A stretch of 64,000 bases of DNA from an uncultured Spirochaetota bacterium. GTDB lineage: Bacteria > Spirochaetota > Spirochaetia > SZUA-6 > Fen-1364. The notes beneath the pieces were generated by a model. It was not told where the DNA came from. It did no database searches and saw only the letters and a list, made by a program, of their open reading frames with translations. Where the stretch lies: assembly GCA_963820525.1 (NCBI GenBank), contig CAWGAA010000001.1, forward strand, positions 896,001 to 960,000. The letters are read 5' to 3'. Numbering within the stretch: position 1 is the stretch's first letter; every line of letters begins with the position of its first letter. Position numbers and translations under genes: made by a program. Shown here one piece after another: positions 50,387 through 60,603 of the stretch.

Positions 50387-50689
50387 TCACCCCTCCATGA
50401 GCCTCTGGAGGAGCCTCTTCGCCTCGTCCAGACCCCTCATGAACCTGGCCCGCTCATCTTCCCGAAGCGGTGCTTCCTTGGGCAGGCCGCTCCTTTTCGA
50501 GAAGTCGAAAAACCCGATCCTTTGGAACCTGCCGAATTGTTCGGAGCTTCGGCCGAAGAGCTCCTCGAGCTTCTTCTCTGTCTTCTTCTTCCATTCCATG
50601 AACTTCGATTCTTCGGGGTTGCGGGACCGAAGTTTCTCCAGCTCGCTCACAAGATCACTCAGTTTGGATCGTTCCTCCACCTTCAGCAT
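50387..50689 (-). CDS. Small charged helical hypothetical protein (100 aa)
   Basis: GGGAGG RBS before ATG 50689; MLKVEERSKLSDLVSELEKLRSRNPEESKFMEWKKKTEKKLEELFG... Confidence 0.7.
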   Translation of the reverse strand: MLKVEERSKLSDLVSELEKLRSRNPEESKFMEWKKKTEKKLEELFGRSSEQFGRFQRIGFFDFSKRSGLPKEAPLREDERARFMRGLDEAKRLLQRLMEG

Positions 50690-50942
50690 GGCGCCCTCCC
50701 TCTTGATTATACATACGGGAAGGACTGGAGGTGAAGAGATCTGCGCCGGATGGCATGGTCGCAACAATCGCCCGTAGATCGAAAACAGCCGGCTAACAAC
50801 AGGAGCATGGCAAAAGGCGGGGCGCCAGCGGTGCACGCAGCCCGCGAGGTTTCCCGCATGGGGAGATTTGGGTCCCGGGGCTGGGGATAAACGGGCGCCG
50901 GGCCCCCCACCCCGGCCTTTTTCAATCTTTGAGCTTTTGGTG

Positions 50943-50989
50943 TTGCTTTATGAAACAAAAAGAACTATAGTGTTCAAGGATTGAACACT
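50943..50989 (+). promoter_or_regulatory. sigma70 promoter with a palindromic operator over the start codon
   Basis: TTGCTT (50943-50948), 17-bp spacer, TATAGT (50966-50971); perfect dyad AGTGTTCAA-gga-TTGAACACT (50969-50989). Confidence 0.7.
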
Positions 50990-51529
50990 TTGGACCCGTC
51001 AGACCACGAGTACACGCTTCTCGAAAGCATCTATCGCAGCGCTGATGTTGAGCCGGTCCGACAGAGGGCGCTCGCGAAGAGGGCCGGCATATCTCTGGGC
51101 ATGACCAACGTGATCATCAGAAAGCTGGCTCAGAAAGGCTGGGTAATTGCCAGAAGGATCAACAGCAGGAACATCCAGTATGCCGTCACCCCCGCGGGCA
51201 TAGAGGAAATCAGCAGGCGCAGCTTCACGTTTATCAAGAGGACCGTGCAGAACGTTGCCCATTACAAGGATGTCCTGGAGCGGTTCATCGTGGACGTTGA
51301 AGCCAAGAACTTTAATTCCCTGATTCTGGTGGGAAAAAGCGACTTCGACTTCATTCTCTCGTATCTTTGCGAGAAGCATAACTTGGAGTTTACCCAATCT
51401 GAAGCGGCTCCTTGCGACGCACGGGCCGTGCGTGTGTTTGCCGAGGATTATCCGCATTCTTCGCTCAACGGCAATGGAGCGGCAGGATCAGACGGGGTGT
51501 ATCTCCACGACATACTGATCGATCTCTGA
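50981..51529 (+). CDS. Winged-helix (EPS-associated MarR-like) transcriptional regulator
   Basis: QRALAKRAGISLGMTNVIIRKLAQKGWV and YAVTPAG motifs; heads a glycan locus. Confidence 0.85.
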   Translation: MNTLDPSDHEYTLLESIYRSADVEPVRQRALAKRAGISLGMTNVIIRKLAQKGWVIARRINSRNIQYAVTPAGIEEISRRSFTFIKRTVQNVAHYKDVLERFIVDVEAKNFNSLILVGKSDFDFILSYLCEKHNLEFTQSEAAPCDARAVRVFAEDYPHSSLNGNGAAGSDGVYLHDILIDL

Positions 51530-51551
51530 GCAGCCTGTTTCGGCGGCTGCT
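51529..51551 (+). terminator. Possible hairpin/terminator
   Basis: agcagcc...ggctgct 7-bp stem right after the stop; weak U-tract. Confidence 0.3.
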
Positions 51552-51795
51552 TGGAGTCTTTTCAGGTCATACCGCATGATCGCTCCGACGGCTCGTCGTG
51601 CGGTAGAGATTTCTTTTGGCGGCGGGCCGGCAACAAGCCGTGTCCGCGGCCGTCTACTATCTCGCTGCTGGATGAAAGAGGGTACATTATCATGACGATG
51701 ACGAACGACATGAAAGCCGGGTTATTCCGGGGCAAATCGGTGGGGCGGTGGAACACACGTGACCCTGTGATGCCGAGGGACATCCGGGGAGCGCT

Positions 51796-53118
51796 ATGAG
51801 CACAATTGCAGTCATTGGCACCGGTTACGTCGGGCTGGTGAGCGGAGCCTGCCTGGCGGATTTCGGCAATCATGTCGTCTGCGTGGACATTGACCAGAAG
51901 AAGATCGAGCGCCTCAAGGCGGGAGAAATTCCCATCTTCGAGCCGGGGCTCGATGTCGTGGTTGCCAGAAACGCAAGCGCGGGACGTTTGAGCTTCACCA
52001 CGGATCTCGCTTCCGCGGTCACGACCAGCCAAGTGGTCTTCATTGCGGTGGGGACGCCGCCGGCGGATGACGGCAGCGCGGATCTCAAGCACGTGGAAGA
52101 AGCGGCGCGCGCCGTCGGACGGATCATGGACGGCTACCGGGTCATCGTGGACAAGAGCACGGTGCCCGTCGGCACGGGCCGCAGGGTTTCCGCCTGGGTC
52201 TCCCAGGAGCTTGAAAGACGGGGGGCTTCCCACGAGTTCGACGTAGTTTCGAACCCCGAGTTCCTCCGCGAAGGCTCCGCCGTACAGGACTTCACCCACC
52301 CTGACCGCGTCATCATCGGGTCCGATCAGCCAAGGGCCCGAGCGATCATGAAAGAGGTCTATCGCTCCCTCTTCCTGAACGAGACGCCGTACATAGAGAC
52401 GGGGCTCGAGACGGCGGAGATGATAAAGTACGCGTCCAACGCGTTCCTGAGCGTCAAGATCTCCTTCATCAACGAGGTGGCGAACCTCTGCGAGCGCGTG
52501 GGCGCGAACGTGCAGGATGTCGCGCGCGCGTTGGGTAAAGACGGGCGCATCGGTCCCAAGTACCTGCACTCGGGGCCCGGCTTCGGCGGTTCCTGCTTTC
52601 CCAAGGATACGCGGGCCATTGCGCGCACGGGACGCGATCACGGCGAGCCCTTGAGCATAATCGAGGCAACCATCCAGGCCAACGAGCGGCAGAAGGCGCG
52701 CATGGTGGCAAAGATCACGGACGGCATGGGAGGAGTGGCCGGAAAGACGCTGGCCGTGCTCGGCCTTTCATTCAAGCCGAACACGGACGACATGCGGGAA
52801 GCGCCTTCCATCACGATTTGCAAGGGACTGGCTGCCGGTGGAGCGCGCCTGCGGGTGTGGGACCCCGCGGGGATGAAGGAGGCGGTCTGGCGCCTTGAAT
52901 CCATCAAGAACAGGCTCACGTTCGCCTCCGACGAGTATGACGCGATCGCGGGGGCTGACGCCCTGGTGATCGTGACGGAGTGGAACCAGTTTCGAAACCT
53001 CGACCTGGACAGGGTGAAGTCCCTCCTGAAGTCTCCCGTCCTGTTCGACCTGCGCAACATCTACAGGCGGCATGAAGTGGAAGAAAAGGGATTCCGCTAT
53101 TTCGGGGTGGGGCAATAG
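51796..53118 (+). CDS. ugd: UDP-glucose/GDP-mannose dehydrogenase family (likely UDP-glucose 6-dehydrogenase)
   Basis: GTGYVGLV, AVGTP, KSTVPVGT, SNPEFLREG, GFGGSCFPKD and FKPNTDDMRE motifs. Confidence 0.93.
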   Translation: MSTIAVIGTGYVGLVSGACLADFGNHVVCVDIDQKKIERLKAGEIPIFEPGLDVVVARNASAGRLSFTTDLASAVTTSQVVFIAVGTPPADDGSADLKHVEEAARAVGRIMDGYRVIVDKSTVPVGTGRRVSAWVSQELERRGASHEFDVVSNPEFLREGSAVQDFTHPDRVIIGSDQPRARAIMKEVYRSLFLNETPYIETGLETAEMIKYASNAFLSVKISFINEVANLCERVGANVQDVARALGKDGRIGPKYLHSGPGFGGSCFPKDTRAIARTGRDHGEPLSIIEATIQANERQKARMVAKITDGMGGVAGKTLAVLGLSFKPNTDDMREAPSITICKGLAAGGARLRVWDPAGMKEAVWRLESIKNRLTFASDEYDAIAGADALVIVTEWNQFRNLDLDRVKSLLKSPVLFDLRNIYRRHEVEEKGFRYFGVGQ

Positions 53119-53127
53119 GGGCGACCT

Positions 53128-53994
53128 ATGGGAAACATGATGGCGCAGCCGGGCGATGGGGAGTGGACGACAATCATCAGGCCCAAGTCGGGGCTGCTGG
53201 ATTTCAATCTCAAGGAATTGCTCCATTTCAAGTTCTTGATGTTTCTTTTTGTGCGACGCGATTTCGTATCGCAATACAAACAAACCCTTCTCGGACCGCT
53301 TTGGCTTGTGCTTCAACCCATTTTTACAACCGGAGTCTACAGCATCGTCTTTGGAGGTCTGGCCAAGATCCCGACCGACGGTGTGCCCCAACCGGTGTTC
53401 TACATGGCGGGGACAACTCTCTGGAACTACTTCTCAAGCTGTCTCCTGGGCACCTCGACGATCTTCACCTCGAATTCGGGTCTCTTTAGCAAGGTCTATT
53501 TCCCCCGCCTGGCAGTCCCCATTACCACCGTCGTAACCAAGCTCTACACCTTCGTCATCCAGCTCGCCCTTTTCCTCGTTATCTACGCGGTCTACGCCAT
53601 TCAGGGCGCTGTCATGCGGCCGAACCTGTACCTGCTCCTCCTGCCGGTCTTGGTCGTGCAAACTGCTCTCCTGGGCCTAGCAGTGGGCCTGTGGTCGAAC
53701 GCCCTCACGGTGAAGTACCGGGACCTCTCGCAGCTCATCGGTTTCGGCGTATCCCTGTGGATGTGGGCTACGCCAATCGTCTATCCCCTGTCCCTCGTAC
53801 CGGACAAATATCGCCCGCTGGTCTATTTCAACCCGATTGCACCGCTGGTAGAGCTGTTTCGATACTCTTTCACCGGGGCGGGGACTTTCGAGCCGCTGTC
53901 ATACCTGATGAGCATAGCGGTTACTGTGGTAGTGCTCTTCATAGGACTCGTGCTCTTCCATCGCGCCGAGCAGACCTTTGTCGACGTCGTCTGA
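53128..53994 (+). CDS. wzm: ABC-2 polysaccharide transporter permease (Wzm)
   Basis: RDFVSQYKQTLLGPLWLVLQP, SKVYFPRL, YRDL and TPIVYP motifs. Confidence 0.92.
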   Translation: MGNMMAQPGDGEWTTIIRPKSGLLDFNLKELLHFKFLMFLFVRRDFVSQYKQTLLGPLWLVLQPIFTTGVYSIVFGGLAKIPTDGVPQPVFYMAGTTLWNYFSSCLLGTSTIFTSNSGLFSKVYFPRLAVPITTVVTKLYTFVIQLALFLVIYAVYAIQGAVMRPNLYLLLLPVLVVQTALLGLAVGLWSNALTVKYRDLSQLIGFGVSLWMWATPIVYPLSLVPDKYRPLVYFNPIAPLVELFRYSFTGAGTFEPLSYLMSIAVTVVVLFIGLVLFHRAEQTFVDVV

Positions 53995-55265
53995 TGAGTG
54001 AAACTGTAATCAAGGTCGAAAGCCTCGCCAAGAAATATCAGCTCGGCACCATCGGGTATGGCTCCCTTCGTCATGATATTCAGGCGTGGTTTGCCAGAAT
54101 CAGGAGAAAAGAGGATCCAAACACGAGGATCGGAGAGACAAGCCGTCTGGACCTCCATGGCGACTTCTGGGCTCTTCGTGATGTGAGCTTTTCCCTGGAG
54201 CGAGGAGACCGGCTCGGCATCATCGGCCGCAATGGCGCGGGGAAGTCGACGCTTTTGCGAATCCTTTCCCACATCACCAAACCGACGGCGGGTGCTGTGA
54301 AACTGAAGGGCCGCGTTGCCAGTCTCCTGGAAGTCGGGACGGGGTTCCATCCCGAGCTTACCGGGCGCGAGAACGTATTTCTGAACGGCGCCATCATGGG
54401 GATGAAACGCAGGGAGATCCAGCAAAAGTTCGATGAGATCGTGAACTTCTCGGGCGTGGAACAATTCATCGACACGCCGGTCAAACGCTACTCGAGCGGC
54501 ATGTATGTTAGGCTGGCCTTCGCCGTGGCGGCGCATCTGGAGCCGGACATTCTTATCGTAGATGAGGTACTTGCAGTGGGGGATTCCGAGTTCCAGAAAA
54601 AGTGCCTGGGAAAAATGGAAGACATCTCCACAAGCCAGGGAAGGACCGTTCTCTACGTGAGCCATAACATGAGCTCAATTCGTCAGCTCTGCCAGAAAGG
54701 CATGCTTCTCAGCAATGGAAATGCCGTCCTTTTCGACAAGGTTGAGCGCGTTGTGAGCAAATACCTGGAATCCCTCTTTGAAAAGCAAGAGCCCGTAGCT
54801 GAGAGGAAACGACCTTCCTGGCTGAGCCGAAAAGCCAGAATCGTGGGATTGGAGATTCGCGCGGGGGCCGTGCTGAATCCTGTCGACATAGACCCTGAGT
54901 CCCGGCTGGATATCGAGCTTCAGATCCGCACTTTCGAAAGGGTAGAGACGGGCGCTTGGGTGATCGTTCAAAACGAAAACAGCCAGGCGGTTTTGTTCTT
55001 TGACTCGGGCAGTCTCCAGAATACGATGTTCCGCCTCGAAGAGGGGACGGCGAAAATCAGGCTGACCGTCAACCGGACAAACCTGGTAAACGGCAACTAC
55101 AGCCTCAGTGTCGGCTTGGTGATTCCGAACCGGGAATGGATAGATCAGGTTTGGGAAGCGTACAGATTTTCCGTCACGCGATGCGATCCTTTTGGCTCCG
55201 GATTCAACCTCTCTCAAGCGTTCGCCGCCGTTCACACGGATCACTCGTGGGAGAAAGTTTTGTAA
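53994..55265 (+). CDS. wzt: Polysaccharide ABC transporter ATPase (Wzt) with C-terminal carbohydrate-binding domain
   Basis: GRNGAGKST, YSSGMYVRLAF and DEVLAVGD motifs; beta-rich C-terminal extension (L.NG.YSLSVG). Confidence 0.92.
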   Translation: MSETVIKVESLAKKYQLGTIGYGSLRHDIQAWFARIRRKEDPNTRIGETSRLDLHGDFWALRDVSFSLERGDRLGIIGRNGAGKSTLLRILSHITKPTAGAVKLKGRVASLLEVGTGFHPELTGRENVFLNGAIMGMKRREIQQKFDEIVNFSGVEQFIDTPVKRYSSGMYVRLAFAVAAHLEPDILIVDEVLAVGDSEFQKKCLGKMEDISTSQGRTVLYVSHNMSSIRQLCQKGMLLSNGNAVLFDKVERVVSKYLESLFEKQEPVAERKRPSWLSRKARIVGLEIRAGAVLNPVDIDPESRLDIELQIRTFERVETGAWVIVQNENSQAVLFFDSGSLQNTMFRLEEGTAKIRLTVNRTNLVNGNYSLSVGLVIPNREWIDQVWEAYRFSVTRCDPFGSGFNLSQAFAAVHTDHSWEKVL

Positions 55266-55378
55266 TCGCCTTCAATCAAAACGCGCATCCGGTCAGGAGC
55301 CCGTGTGAAAATCGGTGAATTGCAGAGGCAGCGGTACTTGAGAGCCGGGCCAAAATAGTCGGCAAGGAAGGTGAGTCT

Positions 55379-57430
55379 GTGGGCAAGCGAATATGCATCG
55401 CGTTTGTAAAGTACGTCGGTCTTGCAGCGGGAGGGACGGAACGCTGGCTTCAAATGATCGCTGCCAATTTGCCACGAGACGAATTTGAACTTGATTATTA
55501 TTACTGCGATGCCGCCGCGCCCTTCACGAATAGTCCAAGTCACGCAAATAGTCCAGAAAGAAAAACGTTTTTAGAATCACACAATGTATCTCTGGTTAAG
55601 TTTGAAGTCCAATCCATTGACACTAGCAAGCCGACAAGGGACTGGCAGAACACAAATTTCTGGGACGCTTTTGACCCGAAGGCCTATGATATCATTCAGA
55701 CTGCAAAAGCAGGGCCGGCAGAATACCCGTACTATTTGATTGACAAACCCGTATGCGAATGCGTCACATTGTTGGCAGGCGTGGATCGAAGCCCAAATAT
55801 CGCTTGGTCCATGCATCTGTCGGAATGGCAAAGATCCCGCTGGGTTCGGGACGGCGGATGTCTGAAAAGAAGTAGCATAATCCCAATCCCTGCAGAACTT
55901 CCATGCGCCAAAGAAAACCTTAGGAAAAAATTTGGGATTTCAGAGGACGCGGTTGTCGCAGGGTTTCATCAACGTAATGACGACTTTATTTTCAGCCCTA
56001 TTCCGCTTGCCGCGTTTTCAGAGGTCGCTTCCGCAGAGCGGCACTTCATGATAATGGGAGGGAGCTCACTGTACAGGCTCCAAGCCCAAGAGCTTGGCCT
56101 GAGAAACGTTCATTTTCTGGAGCATAATGCAGATCAAGCGCAATTGTCCATTTTTTTGAATAGCCTCGACATCTTTGCACATGGTAGAGCAGACGGAGAG
56201 ACCTTTGGCACGGTATTTGCCGAGGCAATGATGCATTCCGTCCCCTGCCTTTCGCATGAATCCCCAGTGGCAAATGCTCAGTACGAAACAATGGGGCCTG
56301 GCGGGTTGTTTGCGCACGACGCGAAAGAATATGCGTCAATGCTCGGCCGACTCTTTGAAAGCAAAGCGATGAGAACGGATCTGGGGGGACGGGGGCGGGA
56401 GCACGCGCTGAAGTATTACACCCTCGAAAAAATCATCCCCGACATATGTGATACCTACAAGACTGTGTTGGGCAGTGGAGTCTTGCGCAGCGCCCAAGTC
56501 ACCTATGGATATTCCGAAATGGGGTTCCTGCACGCGGGAAAGGCGGCTGAGTATCCCTACGACCATGTGATTTTGGGAGGCGTACCCGAGTCGTTCGACG
56601 TGCAGATCGTGAAGAGATGCCTGGGAGGGATCAGGACATTTTGGGACATCGGGGCGAACACCGGCATCTACTGCTTTGTCGCGGCCACGGAGACCGATTC
56701 GGACGCTCGGATTGTCGCCTTTGAGCCGCAGCCGGAATGCTGTGCTCAGCTTCGCGAGACGATTCGACTGAACAGATGGGAAAAAAAGGTGGAGGTGTGC
56801 GCAATCGGGCTGGGCGAACACCCGGCCACGATGGATCTCTATCTGAGCGGCACAGGGAGCACGCTGCGCAACGAGTTCAACGACAATCACGAGTCTCCCC
56901 GAATACCGGTGCGCGTTGATACGGTTGATCAATGCAGGCAGAAGCTGGGAGTCGAGAAAATCGATTTCATGAAAATAGATGTGGAAGGATTCGAGCTGGA
57001 CGTGCTGAAGGGCGGCGAGAAAAGCATTGAAAGCGATAAACCCATCCTTTTCATAGAAATCGCGGATATGATCAAGGGTCGGTCTTTCCGGAACATTCTC
57101 TACCCGCAGACCCTTCATTGGCTCTGGAAGAGGGGATACGTGCTCTTTCGCAGCGACGGAAGAGCGAGGATTTCGCGGGTAAGGAAGGCGACCGGCCAAA
57201 CGGATCCGTCCATGTACCTCTGCCTGCACCCGGACCGTCATCTGGGTCTCATCCGCGCATTCTCACGGCTTGTCGTGGTCTCGCATGCACGGCACGTGGC
57301 TGCAAGAACAGGGGCTCTGCTCCGGATTGATTATCTCATCGGAGGCTTCAAGGGCGCTCTTGGCGGCGCCATACCGTTTTCCAGAACCTTGAGAAGAATA
57401 GCAAAGAGAATTGCCCGTGCAAAAGGCTGA
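55379..57430 (+). CDS. Fusion of GT4-like glycosyltransferase and FkbM-family methyltransferase
   Basis: GGTERW and GETFGTVFAEAM in the N-half; WDIGANTGIY, AFEPQP and KIDVEGFE in the C-half. Confidence 0.85.
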   Translation: MGKRICIAFVKYVGLAAGGTERWLQMIAANLPRDEFELDYYYCDAAAPFTNSPSHANSPERKTFLESHNVSLVKFEVQSIDTSKPTRDWQNTNFWDAFDPKAYDIIQTAKAGPAEYPYYLIDKPVCECVTLLAGVDRSPNIAWSMHLSEWQRSRWVRDGGCLKRSSIIPIPAELPCAKENLRKKFGISEDAVVAGFHQRNDDFIFSPIPLAAFSEVASAERHFMIMGGSSLYRLQAQELGLRNVHFLEHNADQAQLSIFLNSLDIFAHGRADGETFGTVFAEAMMHSVPCLSHESPVANAQYETMGPGGLFAHDAKEYASMLGRLFESKAMRTDLGGRGREHALKYYTLEKIIPDICDTYKTVLGSGVLRSAQVTYGYSEMGFLHAGKAAEYPYDHVILGGVPESFDVQIVKRCLGGIRTFWDIGANTGIYCFVAATETDSDARIVAFEPQPECCAQLRETIRLNRWEKKVEVCAIGLGEHPATMDLYLSGTGSTLRNEFNDNHESPRIPVRVDTVDQCRQKLGVEKIDFMKIDVEGFELDVLKGGEKSIESDKPILFIEIADMIKGRSFRNILYPQTLHWLWKRGYVLFRSDGRARISRVRKATGQTDPSMYLCLHPDRHLGLIRAFSRLVVVSHARHVAARTGALLRIDYLIGGFKGALGGAIPFSRTLRRIAKRIARAKG

Positions 57431-58502
57431 AACAAGGACATCGCACGTGGAACCTCTAGCGGCGCTGCAGCGGAATAGTCCGGTCGTTCCAATCGTGACA
57501 TCCATCGACCACGACTTTGTGCCCATTTTCAGCGTCCTTCTGGCATCCTTGATCGACAGCTCGCGCTCCGGATACTTCTACGACATCGTCATCCTGACCG
57601 AAAGAGTGAGCAAGGGAGAAATCAGGATTCTTTCGGAGCAGCTGCGAAATGCGCGGAACTTCGCGCTTCGCGCTGTTGAAATGGATAGTTTCGAAGTACC
57701 AAACCTGGACAAGACCGCTTTCAAAAGGCCCGCCTTCTTTCGGTTGGTCCTGCCTGAATTGCTGATCAACTATCCGAAAGTGCTGTATCTGGACGCGGAC
57801 ATGGTCGTCGTGGACGACCTTGCCGGCCTTTTTCAGACCGACGTAGAGAATGTCTACGCCGCGGTAGTTCGCGATGAAGTCCAGCGCGCCTACGCTGAGA
57901 ATGGCGTCGAGGAAGACTATCTCTATGGACATCGCACCATCCGCGCCTATTGGACTCGGCATCTGGGGTTGAACGAAAAGTCCCAAGACACATATTTCAA
58001 TTCAGGGCTGATGATTCTGAACCTGGAAAAAATCAGAAAGGATGGGATACCAAGCGCGATTCCAGGCATTCTGCGCGCGAGGCCTTACGTTTTTGCTGAC
58101 CAGGATATCCTCAACCTGGCGTTTGCCGGTAATGTGGCGCTTCTCGACCAGAGATGGAACCTCTTCCACGTGCTCAACCCAAAGCTCACCTATAGAAAAG
58201 AAATGCTCGAAGCACGCGATAGGGCCCTGATGTGCCCCGGGATCATCCACTATGCATGGAAAAAACCCTGGAACGAACCGCTGCAGCCAATGACCGAGTA
58301 CTTTTGGCTCTATGCCCGAAAGTCGGCGTATTACGAGCAGTTGATCGCCCGCTCCGGGCTGTTCAATCCGAGTCAGCCCCAGGCAAGAAACCGTTCTCTC
58401 GGAAGGCTCGCGCGAAAGATGCTTGCACACATAGGCCGCAGATTTTTCCCCGGGCTTATGGAGAAGCTGAAAGCCGCTTTGCGATCGCGAACGGCGGAAT
58501 GA
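57411..58502 (+). CDS. GT8 family glycosyltransferase
   Basis: KVLYLDADMVV, YFNSGLMILNL, DQDILN and IIHYA.KKPW motifs. Confidence 0.9.
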   Translation: MPVQKAETRTSHVEPLAALQRNSPVVPIVTSIDHDFVPIFSVLLASLIDSSRSGYFYDIVILTERVSKGEIRILSEQLRNARNFALRAVEMDSFEVPNLDKTAFKRPAFFRLVLPELLINYPKVLYLDADMVVVDDLAGLFQTDVENVYAAVVRDEVQRAYAENGVEEDYLYGHRTIRAYWTRHLGLNEKSQDTYFNSGLMILNLEKIRKDGIPSAIPGILRARPYVFADQDILNLAFAGNVALLDQRWNLFHVLNPKLTYRKEMLEARDRALMCPGIIHYAWKKPWNEPLQPMTEYFWLYARKSAYYEQLIARSGLFNPSQPQARNRSLGRLARKMLAHIGRRFFPGLMEKLKAALRSRTAE

Positions 58503-58514
58503 ACCAGGGAACGT

Positions 58515-59678
58515 GTGAGCATGTCAAGCATCATCGCCGTTGAATGCTCGGTTTTCAGCTATCCTCATGGAGGGCTCGCTTCATTCTACCGCCCCCTGCT
58601 TCAGGAATTGTTCGAAAGGCTCCGCGAGCACCAATTCATCCTGGTGGCAACCCAAGATTCGGATCTGGGCTTTTCCAATGGCCTCCCAAACGTAAGAAAG
58701 ATCGACCTTCCTCCCCTCAAGGCTCTGTTCATGAGTCGCGGAAGTCGACTTCGCCGCATGGCGATCGACCTGCCGTCGATCCTGCTTCGGCAGAAAGCGG
58801 ATGTCCTCATAAGTCCCTACTATCTATTCATGATCCCCCCATGGATGCGCGGAAGAGCCTGCATCGGCATACACGACACGTGCTTCTGGGATGTGCCTGA
58901 TTTCTACTCGCATGAGGAGAGGCATCTGCATGACCGCGTATTGCGGTGGAATTTGACCTGGAAGCCGAAGGTGATCACGGTTTCCCAGACAAGCCGGCAG
59001 AGAATCCTGAAACACTTTCCACATCTCGATGGCGGTGACATCGAGATCGTGCACAATTCCTGGAGCCGACCCATCGCGAAGGCGCCGGCGCCGAACGCCG
59101 GCTCAAGACTGGAGAGGCTGCTTCGAAACGCCCCCGACAAGCTTCTTTTGCACAGCAGCGGGTGGGGGCCCGTGAAAAACAACCAACGTTTGCTTGAGGC
59201 ATTCGCCTTGGCTTTCGGGGGGAGGGATGACGTCGGGCTCCTGATGACGGGAAATGCCCGCTACGTTGATGCCGCATGGAAGCTGATGGATTGCCTTGAC
59301 ATTTCGGACAAGGTGATCCTGACGGGGGTCATCTCCGACCAAGAGATGGACTGGCTCTTGCGGGAGCGTTGCTGCGGCGCCGTGTCCGTGTCGCAATACG
59401 AAGGGTTCGGCCGATCGTGCGTGGAAGCGCGCCGCGCCGGCCTTCCGCTTGTCTGTTCGGACATTCCGACCAACCATGAAGTCGTGGGCGACTACCCTTT
59501 CTACTGCAATGCGGCCGATGTCAAGGAGATCGCGGAGGCGATGGTGAAGCTGACGAACGCGCAGCGCCTGGAACCCGTCATGGATGAACGCTTCGCCTTC
59601 GAGGCCAACTATGCCAGGTACGAATCGATTGTACGCGGTCTCATTACCGGCCGGGAAGGCAACAAAGGAAACGCCTGA
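58515..59678 (+). CDS. GT4 family glycosyltransferase
   Basis: IHD, ITVSQTSR, KNNQRLLEAF and SQYEGFGRSCVEA...SDIP motifs. Confidence 0.88.
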   Translation: MSMSSIIAVECSVFSYPHGGLASFYRPLLQELFERLREHQFILVATQDSDLGFSNGLPNVRKIDLPPLKALFMSRGSRLRRMAIDLPSILLRQKADVLISPYYLFMIPPWMRGRACIGIHDTCFWDVPDFYSHEERHLHDRVLRWNLTWKPKVITVSQTSRQRILKHFPHLDGGDIEIVHNSWSRPIAKAPAPNAGSRLERLLRNAPDKLLLHSSGWGPVKNNQRLLEAFALAFGGRDDVGLLMTGNARYVDAAWKLMDCLDISDKVILTGVISDQEMDWLLRERCCGAVSVSQYEGFGRSCVEARRAGLPLVCSDIPTNHEVVGDYPFYCNAADVKEIAEAMVKLTNAQRLEPVMDERFAFEANYARYESIVRGLITGREGNKGNA

Positions 59679-59679
59679 G

Positions 59680-60603
59680 ATGCGCCGCATCGCCCTCATC
59701 AATGGATTTCACAACGAATACACCACGGCAGGCTACTTCCGGGATGCAATAGAGAAAAGCGGGATGCAATGCTCAGTATTCAAGCCGGAAAATCAAAAAG
59801 CCATAGGCAGGGACGCGGGAGCGAGGCTTTTCATCGATGATGGAACGCACTACGTGATACGCCCTGATTCCCGCTGCCTGAAAATCCTGTACATCATCGA
59901 CACCCACATGGATTTCGAGCTTGACACGTTCCTCATCCGGTTCGCAGACCATGTTTTCTGCGCGCAGCGTAACGCGGTGGAGAAGATCGCCCCATATTGT
60001 CCGAATGTGACGTGGCTTCCTCTTGCGTGCGACCCGGCCTATCATTATTGCAGCAGGCCGTCCAACGCAGTTGATCTCAGCTTTATCGGCGGCATCAACG
60101 ATGGAAAGCGGGAGAAATACCTCGGAATTCTCAAGGAACGATACGGTCCCCGCACCTTTGTGGGACTAGCGCCCAAGTCCGAAATTGGAAAAATATATTC
60201 CGGTTCGAAAATAGTCTTTAACGTATCCATCAACAATGATATAAACATGCGGTTCTTCGAGGCTCTCTGCAGCGGCGCCTTGTTGGTGACGGAAAGAATC
60301 TCGGCCAATGGGATGGAGCAGCTGTTGGGGGGGCACAAGGAGCCGGTGTGCGTCTTCTACGAAAGCATCGAGGAGGCAATCGTGCTCATCGATTACTATT
60401 TGAATCACGAGCAGGAGCGCGCGGCGATCGCAGAAAGAGGAAGACGATTCTCACTCGATCATACCTACTCCCATAGATTGAGAAAAATCCTTGAAACGGC
60501 CGAAAACTCGGAGATTCGGCGGCATCCGCCCCTTGCATATTCGCGGGCTCAAAGACAATTGGCGCTCGCGCAGCAGCGGAAGAATGAATCCGGAGGGCGC
60601 TGA
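59680..60603 (+). CDS. CgeB-like (Glyco_trans_1_2) glycosyltransferase
   Basis: WLPLACDP, SKIVFNVSINNDINMRFFEAL.SG and HTYSHR motifs. Confidence 0.82.
   Translation: MRRIALINGFHNEYTTAGYFRDAIEKSGMQCSVFKPENQKAIGRDAGARLFIDDGTHYVIRPDSRCLKILYIIDTHMDFELDTFLIRFADHVFCAQRNAVEKIAPYCPNVTWLPLACDPAYHYCSRPSNAVDLSFIGGINDGKREKYLGILKERYGPRTFVGLAPKSEIGKIYSGSKIVFNVSINNDINMRFFEALCSGALLVTERISANGMEQLLGGHKEPVCVFYESIEEAIVLIDYYLNHEQERAAIAERGRRFSLDHTYSHRLRKILETAENSEIRRHPPLAYSRAQRQLALAQQRKNESGGR

Noticed and set aside
50897..50922. GC hairpin plus T-tract suggesting an sRNA terminator
   Set aside because: No plus-strand gene or recognisable RNA family upstream; insufficient evidence.
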